From: Octopus sinensis
Taxonomy: Eukaryota
Length of the DNA: 64,000 nt
Reading direction: 5' to 3'
Assembly (NCBI RefSeq): GCF_006345805.1
Contig: NC_043006.1
Location: 1,674,001-1,738,000 of the forward strand
The notes under the pieces are model-generated. The model saw only the letters and a program-made list of their open reading frames with translations, had not been told where the DNA came from and ran no database searches. This document shows positions 11,686 to 21,599 of this stretch, in pieces. A program made the position numbers and the translations under genes. How positions within the stretch are numbered: the stretch's first letter is position 1; every line of letters starts with the position of its first letter.

Positions 11686-12094
11686 GAGATACCTATGCAT
11701 GTGTGTGCACATGCACACACACACACACACATGCACACACACACACACACACACATGTGCACACACAGCATATACACATTCATGAACAACACATACGAAC
11801 ATGCGCATGCATGCCTACACTTGTACACACACAACATACAAACATTCATTAACAACGCATATATGCATGCAACATACAAACACACATGCAGCACACATGC
11901 GCATGCACACACGCACGTGCTCACTTATACACATGGCTGTGTGGTAAGAAGATTGTTTCCCAATCACCTGGTTTCAGGTTCAGTCCCGCTGCTCACCAAG
12001 GTGGTGCCCCAGCAAGATCACAGTTCAATGGCTCAAAGAAGTTAAAAAAGTAAAAGATAAAAGATGCCCAACAATCAGAAAATAGAAAGATATA

Positions 12095-12616
12095 TATGAG
12101 GGGCTGCAGAGAAGAAACTTTTAAACCCAAGCCAAATGATAACGAAGGAGATCTACTGCAAGCAGCTTGAGTGGCTTAAATCAGCGCCAGAAGAAAAATG
12201 ACCATCTTTGGTTTTGAAGACTAAAGGTGTTCTTCCATTAGGATAATGCTCAGCCACATACAATGAGGATGTCATTCAAAAGGCTGGAATTGTTTGAATG
12301 GGAAATGATGCCCCACCCACCATATTCACCAGACATTTCCCCATCTGATTATCATTTATTCCACAATCTTCCAAATCATTTGGAAGGAAAAAAATATGAA
12401 TTCTATGGACGAAGTCAAAATAGTACTGGAGGAGTATTTTTCATCATGAACAAGGGAACTTTGGAAGAGGGGCCTTGCAAGTCTACCAGATAGATAGAAG
12501 AGCATCGTAGAAAATGAAGGAGAGCATATTTTAGATTTAAAAAGAACTTTGTTTGTCTTAATTTCGAAAAATAAAAGAAGTATAAATAGACCACATTATT
12601 TATGGGAAGACCCAAT
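12095..12616 (+). mobile_element. Mariner transposon remnant (transposase C-terminus + right TIR)
   Basis: ORF 12263-12493 contains PHPPYSPDISPSDYHLF (mariner YSPDL motif); ends cattatttatgggaagacccaata. Confidence 0.85.
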
Positions 12617-12621
12617 ATATA

Positions 12622-14936
12622 TCTAAATATATAAAATCCATTCTGTCTGTCTGTTTGTGCACTTATAACTCAAGTATTGTTCATCTGATCCTGCTGAAAT
12701 TTTAAACATGGATACATGAGAGAGCAGGGCATTCCATAATCTAAAAAAAATTTCAAAATAGTTAGTTTCAAGGTGAGAATCGCTATTTTTGCAATTTTTT
12801 TATCCAGTTTGTTCTGCCATTAAAATCAACCAGTTGCTGAAACGGTTGGCACATACCATTTTGCTAGCAACAAAGGGTACAGGATGACAGTCAGTCAAAA
12901 CCGTTGCTATGCTGTCTCTCTTATGGTGTGCAATTCCCCTTGAAGTTGTATATATATTGTGTTAAGATTTGTTATCAATCAGTTATCTTTATTGAGAAGA
13001 AACAGTCAAAAGTAACCACCCCCATAGAATCACCAAACATCTCCACTACTTAACACCGTCCAAGTTAACCCTCTTTACTTTTACAGCTGACATGAAAAGC
13101 TACACAAATAAAGAGAAAAAATTGATTGCTATTAAAATGCGTAAAATTTTGAAGTTAATAATCTTAATCTTTAGTTACAGTTTCTCATTCAAACTACATA
13201 ATAGGCAGAATTGTTGGATTAAGGCAGTAGGGTGTTTTGAGGGAGATTTGGCTGCTATTTCTAACAGGCGTAGCTACCATGTAGCGTCTACCTCATTTCC
13301 TCATACATACATATATACATAAAATCGAAATAAAATACTTAAAGTAACAGTCGTCGAATATAAAAGCCAAGGTCCATGAAGTGTGATGGGCCAAAAATAT
13401 TTCCAACTTCTTGCCTAATGCGAGCCCAGAACAATCTCTCATATCTTACACTAATTCAGTGTTATGTCTCTATTGTAATGTGAGATAATACTTTCAGTTT
13501 GAAAAAAGTCTGTCCTATATATACATGTGTGTATATATATTCCTTATGCATTCCAAAACTGAGTTACAGATTTTGATGTATGGGATATCAAAAGATTCAG
13601 TACTATTTCGGCTACAAATTAAACTTAATTGCCATTCACGTATTTGCATTTCAAAAATTTAACATTATAATCTTTTCCATAAATCAACTATCATAAATGT
13701 TATACGATGATGTCACATTTTCTACATGTGTGTGTGTACCTTAAAAGACATCAATCATCATGACACACACCTTCACTCACTCACTCTATCTCTCTTTTTT
13801 ACTCTCTTTCTCTCTCACACACACATACGTGCATGCACGTGCGAGCACACACACACACCTCCATTTCATATAGACGTACATACATCTTTCACTTTCTTTC
13901 TCTGTTCTTTTCGCTTTCTCTTCTTTCAATTTTTGTTCTCTTGAAATAAATTTTTACCGAATGAGCAGGAAAAGTACAGAAAAGACGTAATCTCTCCAAA
14001 AACAAGTATAAAGCAAGGCGGATTATAGAAAACCGAAGGTGAGAGTCTGAAGAGAGAACCTAGATGAGATTTTCTCAACATCAGCAAATGCATGTTGCAG
14101 CATTAAATCAATGTTTTAATGATTAGACAGAGGTCCAATAGAAAAGCTCTCAGAAGCAGACTACGTACAAATTCATTCTTCACAATTCCTGAAGCTGTTT
14201 TCAGATATGATCCATCCCATTCTTATGAAAATGATAACTCTGTCCAAATTGGTGTGCTAAACACAAATTGTCGTTTATGTAGAGCTTTAAAATTTTCAAA
14301 TGAAGCAAATGGTATGTTCTGCTCAGGCAGTCAGGTAACATTGCCAGCACTACCAGCTCCTTCTCAACCTCTTATGAATCTTCTAGAAGGCATTTCCATC
14401 CAGTCAAAGGATTTTATGAATAATATCAGACAATACAACTCTGCATTTCAAATGACATCGTTTGATGCATCTAAGAAGATAGATAAACATGAATTTACGC
14501 CGACTTGAAAGTTCAAGGGTAAGTCTATCACCTCATTGGTTCCCTGTTACCCGCAAATGAACAACCATAGTTCCTCCAAATTTACTTTGTGAGTGATGTA
14601 GGACAACAAATCCAAAGAAGTGTCAAAATTTCAGATGATGGCTTGTGTTAGACACAGCACCAACCGCTGCAAAGGAGAGTATGTCCACTGACAGTTTTTC
14701 AGTGCATTCAAAAATCACTTAACTCCCACCTCCAATTTTCCATGACAGGTTAGGGCCTAAAATACTCCAAACAAACGCATAGCATGTTGCTTAGTCGAAT
14801 TAGCCCAGCATTTACTCCACAAATGTTTTGTTGTCAATGCTGTACTTTCACATATCACCTGTTTCAACATAACTGTAATATATTATATACAAACTATGCC
14901 ATTTTAAACCCGAGCAATGCCAGGTATCTCTGCTAG
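12622..14936 (+). mobile_element. Internally deleted Helitron
   Basis: 5' a|TCtaaatatataaa; 3' subterminal hairpin cccgagcaatgccaggt then CTAG|t at 14933-14936; carries a Rep-like coding fragment. Confidence 0.75.
14119..14610 (+). pseudogene. Helitron Rep/helicase N-terminal fragment
   Basis: AVFRYDP....VQIG.L...CRLCRALKF.NE..GMFCSGSQVTLP.L..P...L..LL.G.....K.FM.NIRQYNSAFQMTSF, continuing after stops as VQG*VYHLIGSLLP....P*FLQIYF; typical Helitron Rep N-terminus. Confidence 0.85.
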
Positions 14937-14941
14937 TATAC

Positions 14942-14997
<56 letters not shown>

Positions 14998-15136
14998 ATA
15001 TATCATAATGGACTCTCCTGTTGTTAGACAACATATGAGGGTTTGGCAATTTCTTGTCGAACACCCATACGAATGATTTGCTTATAGTGATCGAATGTTT
15101 GTGTAGACATAAGCTCACTCCCTTCATCAAATCGAC

Positions 15137-15292
15137 ATTACCTGTACAGGTGCACCATGTGCCACATGTCAGATAACGAACTGATCACAGAGCAACATGA
15201 AATGAAGAGATCTGCTCAAGAACACAACATAGCGCTCAGTCTGGGAATTGAACCCATGATCTCGCAATCATGAGTGCAACATCCTAACCACC
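15137..15292 (-). mobile_element. Partial tRNA-derived SINE, working family E
   Basis: tgctcaagaacacaac...gggaattgaaccc...atcatgagtgcaacatcctaaccac is the reverse of the head at 18813. Confidence 0.7.
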
Positions 15293-15311
15293 ATATATAT
15301 ATATATACATA

Positions 15312-15535
15312 TACAAAGTGGGTGCTGAAAAGCAACTAGTTTTGGGTAAAAGAAAATACAGGAGGAGCAGTTAATTATGATTTTATCCAACATATTCCCC
15401 TCCCAGATTCACACACTTATTGCAGTAGTGGTCCTTCAGTTTTCCTAAGCCCTGTAAAATAACTCAGAAGGTTGGACCTCCAAGCAGGCCTTTCAGGATA
15501 CCCTTAAAGCCAGGAACTTTTCAGCATCCACTCAA
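15312..15535. mobile_element. Mariner-type MITE
   Basis: Imperfect TIRs aagtgggtgctgaaaag / cttttcagcatccactc next to TA. Confidence 0.6.
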
Positions 15536-16023
15536 ACACTAAGCATATATTACTCAGGGTACTTTCAACCACTCACTTCATGTGCTATGCCTACCGGCAT
15601 TGGCAATCATGGAGCTCTACTCTGAAGTTTAAAGATTCATTATTTTTCTTAGGAATGATATAGCAATGATTTCACATTGCATTCTGCTGGTTAATTTAGG
15701 GTTTACTCTGCTAGTTTCCTGGTCTTGTGAGCATACCCTTAAAGTTCAGCACATGGCCTATTTAACTCTTAAATAGGGAAACTGGTTCATGCATCATCAG
15801 GGTCCACAAACTGATGGGCCTGTATGACACATATCTTGTAAGCTTTATCCACAAAACCAACCTCCCCATCCTGTAAACCTTATCCACAGAACCATTTCAC
15901 TCACAAGTTCGGCCCTCAATATGAATACAATCACCCTAAATAAAAGCAGTAGTGTCTAAAAGCTAACTCCGTACTTCACAAAACTTTTGAATCCCTGCAT
16001 TGTGTTTCAACATAAGATGCTGT

Positions 16024-16614
16024 TTAATCCTCTAGCATTTAAACCAGCCATACCATCGTGCTAGTAGGGTATTAAGAGCACCATCCGAGCATGATCGTTG
16101 CCAGAGCGGCTATCTGGCCTCCGTGCTGGTGGCACATAAAAGACACCATTCAAGCGTGATCATTACCAGCATCGCCTAACTGGCACCTGTGCCAGTGGCA
16201 TGTGTAAAAGATTCGAGCGAGGTCGTTGCCAGTACTGCCTGACTGGCCACATGCCGGTGGCACATAAAAGCACCCAATACACTCTCAGAGTGGTTGGCGT
16301 TAGGAAGGGCATCCAGCTGTAGAAACTCTGCCAGATTAAGATTGGAGCCTGGTGCAACCTTCTGGTTTGCCAGTCCTCAGTCAAATCGTCCAACCCATGC
16401 TAGCTTGGAAAGTGGACGTTAAATGATGATGATGACGATGATGATGATATCTGGCTAAAATGCACTACCTGTTCTGTGTCCAAGCAAGCCAAATCTGGAT
16501 TCTCACACCTATCACATCATCAAAATCTAACAACTCCAAGATAATGCATGATCGATTCAAAACAATGTGAATATAAAATCATTTGACAAAGCAATCTGAA
16601 TGCCAAAGGGTCAA
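16024..16614 (-). mobile_element. piggyBac-like MITE (same family as 52842-53070) interrupted by a family C SINE at 16062-16447
   Basis: ttaatcctctagcatttaaacc ... ctgaatgccaaagggtcaa are degenerate TTAA-CCCTTTAG termini; internal sequence is the reverse of 52846-53066. Confidence 0.65.
16062..16447 (+). mobile_element. Family C SINE-like copy with three divergent internal subrepeats
   Basis: gagcaccatccgagcatg..., accattcaagcgtg..., gattcgagcgaggtc..., then cacccaatacactctc...ggacgttaaatgatgatg. Confidence 0.85.
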
Positions 16615-16785
16615 TATCTTGCCCGGGACTTTTGATGCAACAGAAAATAACAGCACAGAATACGACCAATTCAAAAGAGTTTTGGTTGCTTTTTATAGAA
16701 GGATGTAGAGGCTTTCATGCTGCTTTCTATAAGTGTTGTTAATTTAATGTAGTTGTTGAATCAACAGCTAATAGTCTCACTCCTA

Positions 16786-16856
16786 CCATCCATCCATCCA
16801 TCCATCCATCCATCCATCCATCCATCCATCCATCCATCCATCCATCCATCCATCCA
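16786..16856. repeat. (TCCA)n microsatellite
   Basis: Direct reading. Confidence 0.95.
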
Positions 16857-17045
16857 CCAATCATGAGAAGTTTAATAAACAAATAAAGGTGTGGTGGTGG
16901 GGGGGGTGAGATTTTTATTTCATGGAAAGAAAAAAAAATCAATATTTTCAACAAGTCTCTTCACATGTGGAAGGATATACATACATATAAACATACATAC
17001 ATGCATATATACATATGAGTACATATACATGTGTATGCATGTATG

Positions 17046-17076
<31 letters not shown>

Positions 17077-17209
17077 TTGTATGCCAGTATGTATATATGT
17101 GTGCATGCATGTAAATTAGTCCTAGAGCGCACAATGTTCCTAGAGGTCACTAAAGGTCCTAAAAACTCCCTCGGTCATGAGTGGATGGCTATCATCATCA
17201 TTATCATCA

Positions 17210-17381
17210 TTTTTTACGATTTTTTGACTGCTGTGTCACCATTTTCGGTGTATTTCAAACAGAAAAATGTTCACTTAAAGAGAATAATAAGCTACATAAT
17301 GCAAAATTTTTACTTTTCAAAATTCCGATTCTAAAGGGTCGAAAAGAAAACACACCCAAGCAACGCTGGGCTATACTGCTA

Positions 17382-17382
<1 letters not shown>
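17210..17382 (+). repeat. Inverted copy of the 3' ~173 bp of the adjacent Helitron (tail-to-tail palindrome around (TA)n)
   Basis: Reverse complement of 17419-17590 except for one homopolymer indel. Confidence 0.92.
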
Positions 17383-17418
<36 letters not shown>

Positions 17419-17419
<1 letters not shown>

Positions 17420-17785
17420 TAGCAGTATAGCCCAGCGTTGCTTGGGTGTGTTTTCTTTTCGACCCTTTAGAATCGGAATTTTTGAAAAGTAAAAATTTTG
17501 CATTATGTAGCTTATTATTCTCTTTAAGTGAACATTTTTCTGTTTGAAATACACCGAAAATGGTGACACAGCAGTCAAAAAATCGTAAAAAATAAGTATT
17601 TTCATAGAAAAAAAATGCACCTTTTTGATGTAAATAATTTTTGGTCTTAATATGGTCTTAATATGGTTCTTCTATCATACTCTTAATTTTGGTCAACTTG
17701 CACCGCAGGGTCTCGGAGGAGATAGTTTTAGTTGAAGGCTACCAAACCTGCCACACACAGACAACTTCAGCTTTATATATATAGA
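17419..17785 (-). mobile_element. Non-autonomous Helitron
   Basis: Minus strand starts a|TCtatatatataaagctgaagttgtc and ends with hairpin cccaagcaacgctggg then CTAG|t. Confidence 0.75.
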
Positions 17786-18228
17786 TATATTTATATATAT
17801 ATTTCATTAGAGGTTAAAACAACCTCATTAAGGGATAAAATATATATATATATAATGTAGATGGCCGATTAGTAAATTATAAACAAGGGTATGTAACCAT
17901 GTATATATATTGTTGCTATTAAGTAAAAGTGTTGTAAGTCCAAAACGTTGGTTTTTCAGAAAATGGGAAAATAGTTACACCATTCCATAGTAAAACTGTT
18001 GAACTACACTTTGACAATTTTTGATATCTTGGCATCTGAAGCAGCTGGAGATACGATAGTTTGACCAAAAGAATCGGCTATTGCAAGCAAAATTAAATAC
18101 TGGAAAAAATACATTTAGCCAAATTTGGACATACAACAGTTTAACATAATTGGAACAAGGGATATGTATATATATATTATATCTATGTATGCATATACAC
18201 GCATGAACACATACAAGTATATGCATGC

Positions 18229-18265
<37 letters not shown>

Positions 18266-18266
18266 A

Positions 18267-18763
18267 AATAATAATGAATGAAATTATTGTATACAGTGCT
18301 CAGGTGCACCACAACTTGTCAAAAATTGCGTATAAAGTATCTGCAGTAATGTACAGGCAGCTGACTTGGCAGACACTCATAAAATTATTAACCATCGTAC
18401 AAACAATAACTCTGAGCACCTTTTCAAACTCCACCCATCTAACACCCATGGACATGTTTACAAAGTCAGAAAACAGCACAGCTCCCATGACTTTTGGAAA
18501 CATTTTTTCACGCTGAGAGTTGCTGAAGCATGGAACAAACTGCCGGCATCAGTTGTTAGTTGTTGGAGCACTGCATCCTTCAAAACTTCCATGCTTCCTG
18601 AGATTCGCCAACACTACACCTGATTTTCTCCCTTCCATACACACGCAAGCATGTACCTGACTCATACACTGTTCACTTCCCAGACATTTGTACATCACTG
18701 CATATGCTTTATACGCACTTTTGACGAGTTGTGATGCACCTGAGCATTGTATACAATAATTTC

Positions 18764-18779
<16 letters not shown>
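18267..18779 (+). mobile_element. CR1-group LINE 3' fragment (18356-18779) preceded by an inverted copy of the family 3' end (18267-18355)
   Basis: ORF 18366-18623 homologous to 7593-7997 (KVRKQHSSHDF.KHFF.LRVAEAWNKLP); 18267-18355 is a diverged reverse complement of 18689-18779. Confidence 0.88.
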
Positions 18780-18795
<16 letters not shown>

Positions 18796-18812
18796 TTATA
18801 TATATATATATT

Positions 18813-19145
18813 GTGAAGGTGCATGGTTCAGTGGTTAGAGTTTCAAGCTTATGATCATGAGGTTGTGAGTTCGATTCCACGACCGGGCTGTATGTTGTGT
18901 TCTTGAGCAAGACACTTTATTTCGTGTTGCTCCAGTTCACTCAGCTGTAGAAATGAGTTGCAACATCACTGGTGCCGAGCTGTATCGGGCTTTGTCTTTC
19001 CCTTGGATAACATTGGTGGTGTGGAGAGGGGAGGCTGGTATGCATGGGCAACTGCTGGTCATCCATAAACAACTTTGCCCAGACTTGTGCCTTGGAGGGT
19101 AACTCTCAAGGTGAAATCCCATGGTCATTCATGACTGAAGGGAGT
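18813..19145 (+). mobile_element. Full-length tRNA-derived SINE family E
   Basis: tggttcagtggttagag (A box), gagttcgattcc (B box), ttgagcaagacacttta core, ends gtcattcatgactgaaggg. Confidence 0.8.
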
Positions 19146-19300
19146 CCCTTCTCATATATATATGGCTATCTAGAAGCCCCAAAGAGTGGCAGGTAGCATT
19201 AAGTAAGTGCTATGGACAGACCATAGTTAAATTCTTGGTTCGATAGTGATACAAGTGAGGATAATGTGGGTCTTGTATTAACATGTATATATATATATAT

Positions 19301-19588
19301 ATTAGACAAAATGACATAATAAAGCCAAGGCCGTGAGGAGTTTTCAGGACATTTATGAGGAAAAAGATATAGATATAATCTTACAGCTGTTTCTGGGATA
19401 TTATGGATATCCCTTCATCAGAGACAATGTGATATGGTTAAATAGAAGTAAATATTTGAGTTTGAAATAAGGAATTATTATGGGAAAGGAGGAGAGAGGG
19501 AAATAAGAGAAAGAAAGTAGAAATAAAAATGTAAAATATATAATATATAAAATACATCTCACAGCCTTGGCTTTGTTATCATATTTTG

Positions 19589-19594
<6 letters not shown>
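19301..19594 (-). mobile_element. ~294-bp non-coding element with ~40-bp inverted termini and an internal hammerhead motif
   Basis: attagacaaaatgacataataaagccaaggccgtgag vs reverse of ctcacagccttggctttgttatcatattttgtctaat; TA-rich sequence on both sides. Confidence 0.75.
19378..19425 (-). ncRNA. Type I hammerhead ribozyme motif
   Basis: Minus strand: GTCT-CTGATGA-A-GGGATAT(CCATA)ATATCCC-A-GAAA-C(AGCT)GTA^AGAT; 7-bp helix II, palindromic helix III ACAGCTGT, helix I GUCU/AGAU; one extra A before GAAA. Confidence 0.7.
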
Positions 19595-19666
<72 letters not shown>

Positions 19667-19667
<1 letters not shown>

Positions 19668-19988
19668 GAGGTGCAATGGCCCAGTGGTAAGATCGTGGTT
19701 TCAATCCCTAGACCAGGCATTGTGAGTATTTATTGAGCGAAAACACCTTAAAGCTCCATAAGATTCTGGCACAACTTTCTCTCACTCATTCTTCCTGTTT
19801 CTGTTGTACCTGTATTTGAAAGGGCTAGGCTTGTCACACTCTGTGTTACGCTGAATCTCCCCGACAACTACGTTAAGGGTACATGTGTCTGTGGAACGCT
19901 CAGCCACTTGCACGTTAATTTCACGAGCAGGCTGTTCCGTTGATCAGATCAACTGGAACCCTCATCGTAGTAACTGACGGAGTGCCAC
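19667..19988 (+). mobile_element. tRNA-derived SINE, working family D
   Basis: ggaggtgcaatggcccagtggt, gtttcaatccc, tttattgagcgaaaacacct; ends ctgacggagtgcca. Confidence 0.8.
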
Positions 19989-20022
19989 GTATATATATAC
20001 ATACATACATACATACACACAC

Positions 20023-20053
<31 letters not shown>

Positions 20054-20116
20054 TATATAATTATATATATATATATATGTATGTATATGTATATATATAT
20101 ATATATATGTATATAT

Positions 20117-20306
20117 GACCTTGTGTGTACCGTTGGCGATTTTTTTTCCTCTGTCTTCCCTTCTCTGGATCTTTCCTTCTCCTATGTTTCTGACGAAGAG
20201 CTCCGCTCAAAACATTAAACCCTCCTTCTTTCCTGAGCATCCAATAATACTATATTTGTTCCACGTCCTCACGTTGTGTTTTTTTGTGCTTTCTTGTTTG
20301 GATTAG
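20117..20306 (+). mobile_element. Solo pLTR-like module related to the PLE terminal repeat, with a mutated hammerhead (20186-20220)
   Basis: ctctggatctttcc...tatgtttCTGACGAagagctccgctcAAAAcattaaac...cctgagcatccaataatac...ttggatt aligns with 728-925 and is close to the reverse of 59787-60000. Confidence 0.85.
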
Positions 20307-20451
20307 CTGAAATTGCTAAGATGATCCGGTTCCGACTGAAGATTAGAGGCTTCGAGTGACCCGTCTGTTTTTTTTGTGTCGTCTCTTTGTGTGTTTTTGC
20401 ATTCTTGTCCCACTTAGTAATTTATATTTTATATTTAATTTCTATACACAC

Positions 20452-20518
<67 letters not shown>

Positions 20519-20874
20519 GTATATATATATACACACACACACACATAGATGTATGTATATATACACACATATGTATATGTATGTTTGCTTATAAGGCAAT
20601 GATGTCGTGGGTGGCAGATGGTTCGTGGCAGCGGTGTCAGAGGTATTGATGATAGTCGTTGCCATAATCATCATAATCGTCAAGGCAGAAGCAGCAAATG
20701 GCGGCAGTGCTGTGTTAAGTGAAAAAGAGACAAACTAAGGCATACGTACCCCCACCCACACACGCTGCTCTGTTACCAAGAAGGGAGGGGGGGATTATTT
20801 AGGCAAGATGACGACAACAAAGAGTTGATACCGGATCCGATTCCATGAAATGACCAGCTGTTGAGTTGGATAGA

Positions 20875-20935
20875 GAAGTAGAGGAGGAGGGTGGCAGTGG
20901 CGGTTGCGGCGGTGTTGCTGGTGGTCGTTGTCATT

Positions 20936-20971
<36 letters not shown>

Positions 20972-21095
20972 TGGTGGTGGTGGTGGTGGTGGTGGTGGTG
21001 GTGGTGGTGGTGGTAGTAGTAGTAGTAGGAGGAGGGGGAGGAGGAGGGGGTAGAGAAGGCGGAGAAGCAGCAGCAGTAGTAGTGAGGAGGAGAGG
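20875..21095. repeat. Compound trinucleotide microsatellite (GTA)n(GTG)n(GGA)n
   Basis: Direct reading; poly-V/poly-T/poly-H ORFs are by-products. Confidence 0.9.
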
Positions 21096-21599
21096 AAACA
21101 AAAAGAAAAAAAACGAAAGCGCATTGCTGGGGTTGTTCCCCACCCTCACCACACATCTACCCTTAATCATATCACAATGGCCATCTACCTATTGTAAGTA
21201 TTTTCAGTTTTACTTTCGTCAGCTGTTGTCTCCAAATATTGATCGCAGAGAAAGGGAGAGACACACAGACAAAAGTTGTTGGAAGGGAAAAAAGTAATTA
21301 ACTTCCTTTAACCCACACAAACTATGTGTGTGAGTGTGCATGTATACATGCCGCCTTCATATATACATACATACACACACACACACATACACGTGTGTGT
21401 GTGTGTGTGTGTGTGTGCAAGCCAAATCACTAGTGTAGGTGATAGAAGCAGTCTGCCCCGGGCAGCACTTTTAATGGGGCAGCATTTTTTGGGTCTGCTG
21501 TAGACAGTAAGTGCTTTTTTTGCAGGGTCTAGTGGTGGAAAACAGAAGGGGACACACTCTAGCTATGCTAGTGAGCCAAGTGATATCGTAGCCATAACC

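Noticed and set aside
21185-21230. Minus-strand CTGACGA-A-AGT(AAA)ACT-GAAA hammerhead-like match
   Set aside because: Helix I cannot form beyond one pair, and there is no repeat context; likely chance.
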